Positions 11,120 to 22,510 of a stretch of 64,000 nucleotides of DNA are shown piece after piece (position 1 is the stretch's first letter; every line of letters begins with the position of its first letter). The DNA comes from Escherichia coli (GTDB taxonomy: Bacteria; Pseudomonadota; Gammaproteobacteria; Enterobacterales; Enterobacteriaceae). The translations under genes were made by a program, and so were the position numbers. The stretch lies in assembly GCF_044324785.1 (NCBI RefSeq), contig NZ_CP172127.1; one strand, written 5' to 3'. A model generated the notes under the pieces. The model saw only the letters and a program-made list of their open reading frames with translations. It was not told where the DNA came from and did not search any database.

Positions 11120-12441
11120 TGCCCAAACTTGTCACTTGGATGAACAACCAGCGGGTAGGCGAGTTAACGAAGTTAGCCAACGGCGCGCACACCTTTAAGT
11201 ATGCACCGGAGTGGTTAGCCAGCCGTTATGCCAGACCGTTGTCACTTTCGCTGCCATTGCAGAGGGGGAATATCACCTCTGATGCCGTATTTAACTTCTT
11301 CGATAACCTGTTACCCGATAGCCCGATTGTACGTGACCGGATCGTTAAACGCTATCATGCCAAATCCAGACAACCGTTTGATTTATTGTCAGAAATAGGG
11401 CGAGACAGCGTTGGTGCCGTGACGTTAATACCCGAAGACGAAACCGTAACGCATCCGATAATGGCATGGGAAAAGCTTACTGAAGCCAGACTTGAAGAAG
11501 TATTAACGGCTTATAAAGCAGATATCCCGCTAGGCATGATTAGAGAAGAAAATGACTTTCGCATCTCGGTTGCTGGCGCACAGGAGAAGACAGCACTGCT
11601 CAGAATAGGCAATGACTGGTGCATTCCGAAAGGAATAACGCCGACGACGCACATCATTAAATTACCGATTGGCCAAATCAGGCAGCCCAATGCGACGCTC
11701 GATCTCAGCCAAAGCGTTGATAATGAGTATTACTGTCTGCTGCTGGCGAAAGAACTTGGGTTGAATGTTCCGGACGCAGAAATCATTAAAGCGGGAAGGG
11801 TGCGCGCGTTAGCGGTCGAACGTTTTGACAGGCGTTGGAATGCTGAGCGAACGGTTTTACTTCGCTTGCCACAGGAGGATATGTGTCAGACATTCGGTTT
11901 ACCTTCATCGGTGAAATATGAATCAGATGGAGGCCCAGGCATCGCGCGGATCATGGCTTTTTTGATGGGGTCCAGCGAGGCGCTGAAAGATCGCTATGAT
12001 TTTATGAAGTTTCAGGTGTTCCAGTGGTTGATTGGCGCAACGGATGGCCATGCAAAAAACTTCTCCGTATTTATTCAGGCTGGCGGCAGTTATCGACTCA
12101 CGCCATTTTACGACATCATTTCAGCATTTCCGGTATTGGGTGGCGCAGGAATACACATCAGCGATCTCAAACTGGCAATGGGGCTTAACGCATCCAAAGG
12201 CAAAAAAACGGCAATCGATAAAATTTATCCGCGACATTTTCTGGCGACAGCAAAGTTGCTGAAATTTCCGGAAGTGCAGATGCATGAAATCCTGAGTGAC
12301 TTTGCCAGAATGATTCCGGCAGCACTGGATAACGTGAAGACTTCATTACCGACAGATTTTCCGGAGAACGTGGTGACGGCAGTTGAAACCAATGTGTTGA
12401 GGTTGCACCGTCGGTTAAGCCGAGAATACGGTATTAAGTAA
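11119..12441 (+). CDS. hipA: Serine/threonine kinase toxin HipA
   Basis: 440-aa protein MPKLVTWMNNQRVGEL...; ORF opens at 11062 but start is set at the ATG overlapping the hipB stop, as in K-12. Confidence 0.93.
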   Translation: MPKLVTWMNNQRVGELTKLANGAHTFKYAPEWLASRYARPLSLSLPLQRGNITSDAVFNFFDNLLPDSPIVRDRIVKRYHAKSRQPFDLLSEIGRDSVGAVTLIPEDETVTHPIMAWEKLTEARLEEVLTAYKADIPLGMIREENDFRISVAGAQEKTALLRIGNDWCIPKGITPTTHIIKLPIGQIRQPNATLDLSQSVDNEYYCLLLAKELGLNVPDAEIIKAGRVRALAVERFDRRWNAERTVLLRLPQEDMCQTFGLPSSVKYESDGGPGIARIMAFLMGSSEALKDRYDFMKFQVFQWLIGATDGHAKNFSVFIQAGGSYRLTPFYDIISAFPVLGGAGIHISDLKLAMGLNASKGKKTAIDKIYPRHFLATAKLLKFPEVQMHEILSDFARMIPAALDNVKTSLPTDFPENVVTAVETNVLRLHRRLSREYGIK

Positions 12442-12721
12442 GATATGGGGTTTGGTCGTTGTTAATGAGCACGACAATCATGACCGCCAACGACTGGATT
12501 CTTCCTTGGTTTATGTTGGTGCGCATAATGTATATTATGTTAAATGGAGTTTGAGTGATGCGGAGTGATTTTCCGGTCGTCGTTATTACTTCAGGGTTCC
12601 AGAACATAAAGCCTCTCCTCTTTCATAATTGGCCTGTGCATACCGGATATAGCCTGGCTGATATGCAGGTTTGCCGTTTGCCGCATCTTCTCAGCGTTGA
12701 AGAGTCAGGCTGGCAAACCGC

Positions 12722-12976
12722 GTGCAAATGAACCCCCCCTCTTTCCATCAACACTTCAGACAGCTTGCGGGAATGAGTCCACTCCGGTATCAGAAATGGC
12801 TACGCCTCAATGAAGCCAGGCGACTGATGCTGAATGAACATTACGATGTCACCACTGCAGCCTATGCTGTCGGTTACGAAAGCTTATCCCATTTCAGTCG
12901 GGAATATTCGCGGATGTTTGGAGAGTCACCTAAGAGAGATATTACCAGGTTAAGAAAGTCTGTCGGTCAGCTTTAA
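12722..12976 (+). pseudogene. yneL: AraC-family regulator remnant (C-terminal HTH only), yneL-like
   Basis: 84-aa ORF (GTG start) carrying only the second AraC HTH (...SHFSREYSRMFGESPKR...); a short upstream ORF in another frame (about 12546-12731) ends here, so the locus looks like a decayed full-length gene. Confidence 0.7.
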
Positions 12977-13409
12977 TAAACCCTGCACTTATCTGTTTAG
13001 AGCAATTCCGTGTTAGTTACACCAGGCAAACATTAACTATAGCTAATGATTTATAGCCATATAAACCATTAGTCGCTCTTGACCTTTCCTGACACTTCCC
13101 TTGTTCGCAATAATATTCTGTTTAGTCGCTGTTTATAAATATCATGCATAATGAAATCGTCATGTTATTTAGCGACATAAAATGTTTTTGCAAATACTCT
13201 CTACAACAAGTGCTGCAATAAACTTGTTGTGATTAGGTGTCCTTGTAATTTAAAGATATTATCGTTCTTCGTGAAATGTAATAACCCTGGAAACTATATT
13301 CTCAGGGCAACAACCAATTAAGAATGATTCTTGTTTTATAAGCAATAACAGAATGACTTAATTGTTAACTCTCTTTATTCAGCTACTTAAATATAAATTT
13401 TGGAGAATT

Positions 13410-13973
13410 ATGAAACTCAAACATGTCGGTATGATTGTCGTTTCTGTGTTGGCGATGTCGTCTGCTGCGGTAAGCGCAGCCGAGGGTGATGAATCAGTAA
13501 CGACCACTGTTAATGGCGGTGTTATTCATTTTAAAGGTGAAGTGGTAAATGCCGCTTGTGCGATTGATTCAGAATCAATGAACCAAACGGTTGAGCTGGG
13601 TCAGGTCCGTTCTTCTCGTCTGGCTAAAGCGGGTGACCTCAGCTCCGCCGTTGGCTTCAATATCAAGCTGAATGATTGTGATACCAATGTTTCCAGTAAT
13701 GCAGCTGTTGCATTCCTGGGTACTACTGTCACCAGTAATGACGACACATTAGCGCTGCAGAGTTCAGCGGCAGGCTCTGCCCAAAATGTCGGTATTCAAA
13801 TTTTGGACCGTACGGGCGAGGTATTAATACTTGATGGTGCCACTTTCAGCGCTAAAACTGACTTGATTGATGGCACGAATATACTGCCGTTCCAGGCTCG
13901 TTATATTGCTCTCGGGCAGTCAGTAGCTGGTACTGCAAACGCTGATGCGACCTTCAAAGTTCAATATCTATAA
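13410..13973 (+). CDS. F9 (Yde/Fml) fimbrial major subunit, FimA-like
   Basis: 187-aa protein with signal peptide [23 protein letters not shown] and fimbrial subunit C-terminus ...[16 protein letters not shown] upstream; first gene of the chaperone-usher operon. Confidence 0.85.
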   Translation: MKLKHVGMIVVSVLAMSSAAVSAAEGDESVTTTVNGGVIHFKGEVVNAACAIDSESMNQTVELGQVRSSRLAKAGDLSSAVGFNIKLNDCDTNVSSNAAVAFLGTTVTSNDDTLALQSSAAGSAQNVGIQILDRTGEVLILDGATFSAKTDLIDGTNILPFQARYIALGQSVAGTANADATFKVQYL

Positions 13974-14326
13974 TTCAATCTTAAGGTGGCTATACGTCAT
14001 CTGAAATTGAAACAGGGTGTGTGTGGCATGGCTACGCACACCCGAGAAATTCACCAATGTTCATCTCATTATTAATGAGGAATAGTTTGTGTTTTGGAGC
14101 GGTATGAAAAAATCACATAATATCTAAACGTTCAATAAACAACAGTAGTTAAACTTACTGTTATTTAGAGTATTTACTTTATAGCAAGGTTTTCCTATTA
14201 AAAGAGAACCAACATTTATTTCAAACGCATTAAGTCTGGAAACCCGGCGACTCGCCAATGTATTAGCAACATTTACCGATTGTCTGATGTAACGGTTTCC
14301 CCGCTTATCCTCTTAACACATGGAGA

Positions 14327-15046
14327 ATGCATCAGATGCAAACTACGCGTACCCCCTACTCTGTTTCCTTTATGGCGACAGTGTTACTTTTATTGGTCTT
14401 TGCTTGCCATAGCACCATTGCCAACGCAGCTGTCGCACTGGGTGCGACGCGGGTAATTTATCCGGCAAACCAGAAACAGGTTTTATTGCCTGTCACGAAT
14501 AATGATCCTGCCAGTGTCTATCTCATTCAGTCATGGATAGAAAATGCAGGTGACCAAAAAGACACCCAGTTTGTCATTACCCCACCGCTTTTTTCCATGC
14601 AAGGTAAAAAAGAGAATACGCTGCGGATAATCAACGCCACTAATCATCAGTTACCAGGCGACCGTGAAAGCCTGTTCTGGGTTAATGTTAAAGCTATTCC
14701 TGCTATGGAAAAAGACCAGAAGAATGAGAATACATTACAGCTGGCAATTATTAGCCGCATAAAAATGTTTTATCGCCCCACGAACCTGGCAATGGCACCT
14801 GAAGAAGCGCCTGCAATGCTTCGGTTTCGTCGCAGCGGCAGCAAACTCACTCTTATTAATCCAACGCCCTACTTCATTACCGTAACAAATATGAAAGCAG
14901 GAAATAGCAATCTCCCAAACACCATGGTGCCGCCAAAAGGTGAAGTATCGGTGGATATCCCGCATGCTGCAACCGGGGATATCAGTTTTCAGACGATCAA
15001 TGATTACGGTGCATTAACTCCGCGTATTAAGGCAACCATGCAGTAA
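14327..15046 (+). CDS. Periplasmic fimbrial chaperone (PapD/FimC family)
   Basis: 239-aa ORF with signal peptide and PapD-like fold features; sits between major subunit and usher; exact start (14327 or a nearby ATG) uncertain. Confidence 0.85.
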   Translation: MHQMQTTRTPYSVSFMATVLLLLVFACHSTIANAAVALGATRVIYPANQKQVLLPVTNNDPASVYLIQSWIENAGDQKDTQFVITPPLFSMQGKKENTLRIINATNHQLPGDRESLFWVNVKAIPAMEKDQKNENTLQLAIISRIKMFYRPTNLAMAPEEAPAMLRFRRSGSKLTLINPTPYFITVTNMKAGNSNLPNTMVPPKGEVSVDIPHAATGDISFQTINDYGALTPRIKATMQ

Positions 15047-15087
15047 GCCAGTGACCTAATTAATAATAAACTCAATCGGAATCAATA

Positions 15088-17739
15088 ATGACATCCTTTC
15101 GTGCCGCATTTAAGGCATATCGTATGCATCAGGTGTTACTACTGCCTCGCTTTGCACGGCTTACCATTGCCCTTGGCTTAGCAACTGCGGTTTTTCCCGT
15201 TGACGCAGAGTATTATTTTAATCCACGGTTTTTAAGCAATGATCTTGCTGAATCTGTCGATTTATCCGCCTTTACTAAGGGACGCGAGGCACCACCTGGT
15301 ACATATCGGGTCGACATTTATTTGAACGACGAATTTATGACTAGTCGGGATATTACTTTTATTGCAGATGATAATAACGCAGATCTCATCCCATGCCTGA
15401 GTACAGATCTTCTTGTCAGTCTTGGCATAAAAAAATCAGCGTTATTAGACAATAAAGAACATTCGGCAGAAAAACATGTGCCGGACAACAGCGCATGCAC
15501 ACCACTTCAGGATCGTTTGGCCGACGCATCAACTGAGTTTGATGTTGGTCAGCAACATCTGTCACTCTCCGTTCCGCAAATTTATGTTGGCAGAATGGCT
15601 CGCGGCTATGTTTCTCCTGATCTGTGGGAAGAAGGAATAAATGCTGGGCTGCTAAACTATAGTTTTAATGGTAATTCTATTAATAATCGTAGTAACCATA
15701 ATGCAGGAAAATCCAACTATGCATATTTGAATTTACAGAGTGGCATCAACATTGGTAGTTGGCGACTGCGCGATAACTCAACGTGGAGTTATAACAGTGG
15801 GAGTAGCAATTCATCTGACAGCAATAAATGGCAGCATATCAATACGTCGGCTGAACGTGACATTATTCCCTTACGCTCACGCTTAACGGTAGGTGATAGT
15901 TATACCGATGGCGATATTTTTGATAGTGTGAACTTTCGTGGCCTCAAAATAAATTCAACAGAAGCGATGTTGCCCGATAGCCAACATGGTTTCGCTCCGG
16001 TGATTCATGGTATTGCCCGCGGCACCGCACAAGTGAGTGTAAAACAGAATGGATACGATGTTTATCAGACTACTGTCCCACCCGGCCCTTTTACTATTGA
16101 TGATATCAACTCTGCGGCCAATGGTGGTGATCTGCAAGTAACCATAAAAGAGGCAGACGGCAGTATTCAGACATTATATGTTCCTTATTCGTCTGTTCCG
16201 GTTCTCCAACGTGCTGGATATACGCGTTATGCGCTTGCCATGGGGGAATATCGTAGTGGAAATAACCTGCAAAGCTCCCCCAAGTTCATACAAGGTAGCT
16301 TGATGCATGGACTGGAAGGAAACTGGACACCTTATGGCGGAATGCAAATTGCAGAAGATTATCAGGCCTTCAACCTTGGTATTGGTAAAGATTTAGGACT
16401 TTTTGGTGCCTTTTCTTTCGATATCACGCAGGCCAATACGACACTTGCAGATGGCACCCGTCACAGCGGGCAATCGATTAAATCCGTCTACAGCAAATCC
16501 TTCTACCAGACGGGAACCAATATCCAGGTCGCAGGATATCGCTATTCTACGCAAGGTTTTTATAACTTATCCGACAGTGCCTACAGTCGAATGAGTGGTT
16601 ACACCGTCAAGCCTCCTACCGGAGACAGCAACGAGCAGACACAATTTATTGATTATTTTAATCTGTTCTACAGTAAGCGTGGTCAGGAACAAATAAGCAT
16701 CTCTCAGCAGCTTGGAAATTACGGTACGACATTTTTCAGTGCCAGTCGCCAAAGTTACTGGAACACGTCACGCAGCGACCAGCAAATATCATTTGGATTA
16801 AATGTGCCGTTTGGTGATATTACGACTTCGCTGAATTACAGCTTTTCCAATAATATATGGCAAAACGATCGGGATCATTTACTTGCTTTTACGCTTAATG
16901 TTCCCTTCAGTCATTGGATGCGTACAGACAGTCAGTCGGCATTTCGTAATTCAAACGCCAGTTACAGTATGTCAAACGATTTGAAAGGCGGCATGACCAA
17001 TCTATCAGGGGTTTATGGCACTCTGCTGCCGGATAATAACCTGAATTATAGCGTTCAGGTAGGTAACACCCACGGAGGTAATACATCGTCTGCCACCAGT
17101 GGTTACAGTTCTCTTAATTATCGTGGAGCTTACGGTAATACGAATGTCGGTTACAGTCGGAGTGGGGACAGCAGCCAGATTTATTACGGAATGAGTGGTG
17201 GGATTATTGCTCATGCTGATGGCATCACCTTTGGTCAGCCGCTGGGCGACACAATGGTTCTGGTTAAGGCTCCTGGCGCTGATAATGTCAAAATAGAGAA
17301 CCAGACCGGTATTCATACCGACTGGCGTGGCTATGCCATATTACCATTTGCGACAGAATATAGAGAAAATCGTGTCGCTCTTAACGCGAATTCCCTTGCA
17401 GATAATGTTGAACTGGATGAAACAGTAGTCACTGTCATCCCAACTCACGGTGCTATTGCCAGAGCAACATTTAATGCACAAATCGGCGGGAAAGTATTAA
17501 TGACGTTGAAGTACGGTAATAAGAGCGTTCCATTCGGTGCAATTGTCACACACGGAGAGAATAAAAATGGCAGCATTGTCGCGGAAAACGGTCAGGTTTA
17601 TCTGACTGGACTTCCACAGTCAGGGAAATTACAGGTTTCATGGGGCAAAGATAAAAACTCAAACTGTATTGTCGAGTACAAGCTTCCTGAAGTTTCTCCT
17701 GGTACCTTACTGAACCAGCAGACAGCAATCTGTCGCTAA
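15088..17739 (+). CDS. ydeT: Fimbrial outer membrane usher (FimD family), full length
   Basis: 883-aa ORF typical of ushers; K-12 ydeT is an N-terminally truncated usher as I recall, here it appears intact. Confidence 0.88.
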   Translation: MTSFRAAFKAYRMHQVLLLPRFARLTIALGLATAVFPVDAEYYFNPRFLSNDLAESVDLSAFTKGREAPPGTYRVDIYLNDEFMTSRDITFIADDNNADLIPCLSTDLLVSLGIKKSALLDNKEHSAEKHVPDNSACTPLQDRLADASTEFDVGQQHLSLSVPQIYVGRMARGYVSPDLWEEGINAGLLNYSFNGNSINNRSNHNAGKSNYAYLNLQSGINIGSWRLRDNSTWSYNSGSSNSSDSNKWQHINTSAERDIIPLRSRLTVGDSYTDGDIFDSVNFRGLKINSTEAMLPDSQHGFAPVIHGIARGTAQVSVKQNGYDVYQTTVPPGPFTIDDINSAANGGDLQVTIKEADGSIQTLYVPYSSVPVLQRAGYTRYALAMGEYRSGNNLQSSPKFIQGSLMHGLEGNWTPYGGMQIAEDYQAFNLGIGKDLGLFGAFSFDITQANTTLADGTRHSGQSIKSVYSKSFYQTGTNIQVAGYRYSTQGFYNLSDSAYSRMSGYTVKPPTGDSNEQTQFIDYFNLFYSKRGQEQISISQQLGNYGTTFFSASRQSYWNTSRSDQQISFGLNVPFGDITTSLNYSFSNNIWQNDRDHLLAFTLNVPFSHWMRTDSQSAFRNSNASYSMSNDLKGGMTNLSGVYGTLLPDNNLNYSVQVGNTHGGNTSSATSGYSSLNYRGAYGNTNVGYSRSGDSSQIYYGMSGGIIAHADGITFGQPLGDTMVLVKAPGADNVKIENQTGIHTDWRGYAILPFATEYRENRVALNANSLADNVELDETVVTVIPTHGAIARATFNAQIGGKVLMTLKYGNKSVPFGAIVTHGENKNGSIVAENGQVYLTGLPQSGKLQVSWGKDKNSNCIVEYKLPEVSPGTLLNQQTAICR

Positions 17740-17752
17740 GGAACAAGAGATT

Positions 17753-18283
17753 ATGAAATACAATAACATTATTTTCCTCGGTTTATGTCTGGGGTTAACC
17801 ACCTATTCTGCTTTATCCGCAGATAGCGTTATTAAAATTAGCGGGCGCGTCCTCGATTATGGCTGCACAGTCTCATCGGATTCGCTTAATTTTACCGTAG
17901 ATCTCCAAAAAAACAGTGCCAGACAATTTCCAACGACCGGTAGCACAAGTCCAGCCGTCCCTTTTCAGATTACGTTAAGTGAATGCAGTAAAGGGACTAC
18001 GGGGGTTCGGGTTGCATTTAACGGTATTGAGGATGCAGAAAATAATACTCTGTTGAAACTGGATGAAGGAAGCAATACGGCCTCCGGTTTGGGTATAGAA
18101 ATACTGGACGGAAATATGCGTCCGGTGAAATTGAATGACCTTCATGCCGGGATGCAGTGGATCCCACTGGTACCAGAACAGAACAATATTTTGCCTTACT
18201 CCGCTCGTCTGAAGTCAACTCAGAAGTCCGTCAATCCGGGACTGGTGAGGGCTTCGGCAACCTTTACCCTTGAATTTCAATAA
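17753..18283 (+). CDS. ydeS: Fimbrial minor subunit (FimF-like)
   Basis: 176-aa secreted pilin-like protein with signal peptide and conserved Cys pair; operon position matches ydeS. Confidence 0.85.
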   Translation: MKYNNIIFLGLCLGLTTYSALSADSVIKISGRVLDYGCTVSSDSLNFTVDLQKNSARQFPTTGSTSPAVPFQITLSECSKGTTGVRVAFNGIEDAENNTLLKLDEGSNTASGLGIEILDGNMRPVKLNDLHAGMQWIPLVPEQNNILPYSARLKSTQKSVNPGLVRASATFTLEFQ

Positions 18284-18295
18284 TCAGAGTCAGAT

Positions 18296-18799
18296 ATGAA
18301 AAGACTTCACAAGAGGTTCCTGTTAGCTACGTTTTGCGCGTTATTCACAGCAACTCTCCAGGCCGCCGATGTCACTATCACTGTTAATGGTCGGGTAGTC
18401 GCTAAACCCTGCACTATTCAAACCAAAGAAGCTAACGTTAATCTCGGGGATCTTTATACGCGCAATCTGCAACAACCTGGTTCTGCATCAGGGTGGCACA
18501 ATATTACTTTGTCATTAACCGATTGTCCGGTTGAAACAAGTGCAGTGACGGCAATCGTGACAGGTTCAACTGACAATACGGGTTATTACAAAAATGAAGG
18601 TACTGCCGAAAATATTCAGATAGAGCTAAGGGATGACCAGGATGCGACGTTAAAAAATGGCGATAGCAAAACGGTTATTGTTGATGAGATCACTCGTAAT
18701 GCACAGTTTCCACTTAAGGCAAGAGCTATCACGGTGAATGGAAACGCAAGCCAGGGAACGATCGAGGCGCTAATCAATGTGATCTACACCTGGCAATAA
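18296..18799 (+). CDS. ydeR: Fimbrial minor subunit (FimG-like)
   Basis: 167-aa pilin-like protein with signal peptide; operon position matches ydeR. Confidence 0.85.
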   Translation: MKRLHKRFLLATFCALFTATLQAADVTITVNGRVVAKPCTIQTKEANVNLGDLYTRNLQQPGSASGWHNITLSLTDCPVETSAVTAIVTGSTDNTGYYKNEGTAENIQIELRDDQDATLKNGDSKTVIVDEITRNAQFPLKARAITVNGNASQGTIEALINVIYTWQ

Positions 18800-18858
18800 C
18801 GTCGATTCGATTTTCTTAGCCTCCTTTTTAAATCAATTTTTTAACCTTAGGATATATC

Positions 18859-19773
18859 ATGGGTAAAACAATAAGTATGAAGCTTCTGTTCGGTATTTAT
18901 CTTCTATTAATGGCAGGCAAAGTTTTTGCCTTCAGTTGTAATGTCGATGGCGGGTCAAGTATTGGAGCAGGTACAACCTCTGTTTATGTTAATCTCGACC
19001 CTGTAATACAACCGGGCCAGAATCTGGTTGTAGACTTGTCTCAACATATCAGTTGCTGGAATGATTACGGCGGCTGGTACGACACTGATCATATAAACCT
19101 GGTACAAGGCTCAGCTTTCGCAGGCTCTCTACAGTCATATAAAGGATCGCTGTACTGGAATAATGTGACCTACCCCTTCCCGTTGACGACAAATACTAAT
19201 GTATTAGATATTGGTGATAAGACACCGATGCCATTACCGTTAAAACTCTATATTACCCCAGTCGGGGCGGCCGGTGGAGTTGTCATAAAAGCCGGGGAAG
19301 TTATTGCCCGTATTCATATGTATAAAATTGCCACGTTAGGAAGCGGAAATCCGCGTAATTTTACGTGGAATATTATTTCAAATAACAGTGTTGTTATGCC
19401 AACAGGCGGCTGCACTGTTGATAGTCGTAATGTCACCGTGAATCTCCCGGACTTTCCTGGAAGCGCAGAAATACCCCTTGGCGTATATTGCTCAAGCGAA
19501 CAAAAGCTCTCATTTTATCTTTCGGGTGCCACCACTGACAGTGCCCGACAAGTGTTTGCTAACACAGCACCAGATGCAACAAAAGCATCGGGAGTGGGTG
19601 TCTCTCTGATGCGTAATGGAAAAATACTGGCTACGGGAGAAAACGTCTCCCTGGGGACAGTAAATAAAAGCAAAGTACCTCTGGGTTTAAGCGCAACCTA
19701 TGGACAAACAGGAAACAAGGTTGCAGCCGGAACAGTTCAGTCAGTCATTGGTGTCACTTTTATCTATGAATAA
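18859..19773 (+). CDS. ydeQ: FimH-like two-domain fimbrial tip adhesin of F9 fimbriae (FmlH/YdeQ)
   Basis: 304-aa protein, signal peptide then FSCNVDGG... lectin-domain start resembling FimH FACKTANG, plus C-terminal pilin domain. Confidence 0.85.
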   Translation: MGKTISMKLLFGIYLLLMAGKVFAFSCNVDGGSSIGAGTTSVYVNLDPVIQPGQNLVVDLSQHISCWNDYGGWYDTDHINLVQGSAFAGSLQSYKGSLYWNNVTYPFPLTTNTNVLDIGDKTPMPLPLKLYITPVGAAGGVVIKAGEVIARIHMYKIATLGSGNPRNFTWNIISNNSVVMPTGGCTVDSRNVTVNLPDFPGSAEIPLGVYCSSEQKLSFYLSGATTDSARQVFANTAPDATKASGVGVSLMRNGKILATGENVSLGTVNKSKVPLGLSATYGQTGNKVAAGTVQSVIGVTFIYE

Positions 19774-19845
19774 TTGTGATTTTGACATTAGTCTATGCGT
19801 TCCATTCACGAAAATTGTGCGGATAATTATTTTGTGAAGGCTATT

Positions 19846-19863
19846 ATCCTACACTTGTAAGAA
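19846..19863. promoter_or_regulatory. EvgA box upstream of ydeP (ATCCTACA-CT-TGTAAGAA)
   Basis: Near-perfect match to the EvgA inverted repeat TTCYTACA-N2-TGTARGAA; ydeP is a known EvgA target. Confidence 0.7.
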
Positions 19864-20111
19864 AATCCGCGCACAATTGAAGCCAGAGTCTTATTTTTTA
19901 TATTGAAAAACATGTTAATTTAAACACTATGAGAGATGATGCTTAACTTATCGTATTTATACCATTCTATTATTTAACGATAATAGATTAAAAATAGAAA
20001 GAGAGTAGTCCCCTACTCTTATATATCCAGGTTGATGATAAACCTATTATATATACTGTGCATCATCGCTATTACAAATCCTAATAATTCATTTCCACAC
20101 AGGATAAGCAG

Positions 20112-22391
20112 ATGAAGAAAAAAATTGAATCCTACCAGGGAGCTGCCGGTGGTTGGGGTGCTGTTAAATCCGTAGCAAATGCAGTACGTAAGCAGATGGA
20201 TATACGCCAGGATGTTATTGCCATGTTTGACATGAATAAGCCAGAGGGCTTTGACTGTCCGGGATGTGCATGGCCAGATCCTAAGCACAGTGCGTCATTC
20301 GACATTTGTGAAAACGGCGCAAAAGCAATCGCCTGGGAAGTCACGGATAAGCAGGTAAATGCCTCTTTCTTTGCTGAGAATACGGTTCAATCATTACTTA
20401 CCTGGGGAGATCACGAGCTTGAGGCTGCGGGGCGTCTCACTCAGCCTTTGAAATATGATGCCGTCAGCGACTGTTACAAGCCATTAAGCTGGCAACAAGC
20501 TTTCGACGAAATAGGCGCACGCCTTCAAAGCTATAGTGATCCCAATCAGGTTGAATTCTATACTTCGGGCCGCACTTCCAATGAAGCAGCCTTTCTTTAT
20601 CAGCTTTTTGCCCGTGAATACGGGAGCAATAACTTTCCCGACTGTTCCAACATGTGCCATGAACCGACCAGCGTGGGATTGGCAGCGAGTATCGGTGTAG
20701 GTAAAGGGACCGTGTTGCTGGAAGACTTTGAGAAATGCGATTTAGTCATTTGCATTGGGCATAACCCTGGTACAAACCACCCTCGCATGTTGACTTCGTT
20801 GCGCGCTTTAGTGAAACGGGGAGCGAAAATGATCGCCATCAATCCTCTACAGGAACGTGGCCTGGAGCGATTTACCGCACCGCAAAACCCGTTTGAAATG
20901 CTGACGAACTCTGAGACTCAGTTGGCCAGTGCCTACTACAACGTGCGCATTGGTGGTGATATGGCGTTGCTCAAGGGGATGATGCGCCTGTTAATTGAGC
21001 GCGATGATGCTGCAAGCGCCGCAGGTCGGCCCTCATTGCTTGATGACGAATTTATTCAAACGCATACCGTCGGCTTTGACGAGCTACGCCGTGACGTTCT
21101 CAATTCCGAGTGGAAAGATATCGAACGTATTTCTGGACTAAGTCAGACACAAATCGCCGAACTGGCTGATGCATATGCCGCTGCCGAACGCACCATTATC
21201 TGTTACGGAATGGGGATCACTCAGCACGAACATGGTACCCAGAATGTACAGCAACTGGTCAATCTGCTGTTGATGAAAGGTAACATTGGCAAGCCTGGTG
21301 CGGGTATCTGCCCACTACGAGGTCACTCTAATGTACAGGGCGACCGAACCGTCGGTATCACCGAGAAACCGTCTGCAGAGTTTCTGGCTCGCCTGGGTGA
21401 GCGCTATGGTTTCACCCCACCTCATGCACCTGGACATGCTGCAATTGCCAGCATGCAAGCAATATGTACGGGGCAGGCTCGAGCATTGATCTGCATGGGG
21501 GGCAACTTTGCACTGGCAATGCCAGATCGGGAAGCGAGCGCTGTACCGTTAACGCAATTAGATTTGGCGGTACACGTAGCCACTAAGCTTAACCGCTCTC
21601 ATCTGCTGACCGCACAGCATAGCTATATTCTGCCGGTTCTTGGGCGTAGCGAGATTGACATGCAAAAAAGCGGTGCGCAGGCGGTAACCGTTGAGGATTC
21701 AATGTCGATGATTCATGCCTCGCGTGGCGTGTTAAAACCCGCCGGTGTAATGCTGAAATCAGAGTGTGCAGTGGTCGCGGGAATCGCGCAGGCAGCACTA
21801 CCCCAGAGCGTGGTAGCCTGGGAGTATCTGGTGGAAGATTATGATCGCATTCGCAATGACATTGAAGCTGTGCTGCCAGAGTTCGCCGACTATAACCAGC
21901 GCATCCGACATCCTGGAGGTTTTCACCTGATAAACGCAGCTGCTGAAAGGCGCTGGAGGACGTCGTCAGGTAAGGCTAATTTCATTACCAGTAAAGGGCT
22001 GTTAGAAGATCCCTCTTCAGCGTTTAACAGTAAGCTAGTCATGGCGACAGTACGCAGTCACGATCAGTACAACACGACGATTTATGGTATGGATGATCGC
22101 TATCGAGGGGTATTCGGTCAACGAGATGTGGTCTTTATGAGTGCTAAACAAGCTAAAATTTGCCGTGTAAAAAACGGCGAAAGAGTTAATCTTATTGCGC
22201 TTACGCCAGACGGTAAGCGAAGCTCACGCCGCATGGATAGATTAAAAGTGGTCATTTACCCTATGGCTGACCGCTCACTGGTGACCTATTTTCCAGAATC
22301 GAATCACATGCTAACACTTGATAACCACGATCCATTAAGTGGCATTCCTGGCTATAAAAGTATTCCGGTTGAATTAGAACCATCAAATTAA
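20112..22391 (+). CDS. ydeP: Acid-resistance molybdopterin oxidoreductase YdeP (formate dehydrogenase-like)
   Basis: 759-aa ORF with N-terminal Cys cluster (CPGCAWPDP...) and molybdopterin oxidoreductase architecture; matches YdeP. Confidence 0.92.
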   Translation: MKKKIESYQGAAGGWGAVKSVANAVRKQMDIRQDVIAMFDMNKPEGFDCPGCAWPDPKHSASFDICENGAKAIAWEVTDKQVNASFFAENTVQSLLTWGDHELEAAGRLTQPLKYDAVSDCYKPLSWQQAFDEIGARLQSYSDPNQVEFYTSGRTSNEAAFLYQLFAREYGSNNFPDCSNMCHEPTSVGLAASIGVGKGTVLLEDFEKCDLVICIGHNPGTNHPRMLTSLRALVKRGAKMIAINPLQERGLERFTAPQNPFEMLTNSETQLASAYYNVRIGGDMALLKGMMRLLIERDDAASAAGRPSLLDDEFIQTHTVGFDELRRDVLNSEWKDIERISGLSQTQIAELADAYAAAERTIICYGMGITQHEHGTQNVQQLVNLLLMKGNIGKPGAGICPLRGHSNVQGDRTVGITEKPSAEFLARLGERYGFTPPHAPGHAAIASMQAICTGQARALICMGGNFALAMPDREASAVPLTQLDLAVHVATKLNRSHLLTAQHSYILPVLGRSEIDMQKSGAQAVTVEDSMSMIHASRGVLKPAGVMLKSECAVVAGIAQAALPQSVVAWEYLVEDYDRIRNDIEAVLPEFADYNQRIRHPGGFHLINAAAERRWRTSSGKANFITSKGLLEDPSSAFNSKLVMATVRSHDQYNTTIYGMDDRYRGVFGQRDVVFMSAKQAKICRVKNGERVNLIALTPDGKRSSRRMDRLKVVIYPMADRSLVTYFPESNHMLTLDNHDPLSGIPGYKSIPVELEPSN

Positions 22392-22404
22392 TTCGCCTCC
22401 TCAT

Positions 22405-22435
22405 TTCTTCTGCTGTCATCCGCACAGCAGAAGAA
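22405..22435 (+). terminator. Hairpin terminator after ydeP
   Basis: Perfect 11-bp stem TTCTTCTGCTG / CAGCAGAAGAA, 9-nt loop, followed by TTCCTCATT. Confidence 0.5.
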
Positions 22436-22510
22436 TTCCTCATTGACCATTGTCGCGCAATTTACTCACATGTGCTAAATTTAAACTGCTCGTTATAAGA
22501 TATATACCTC

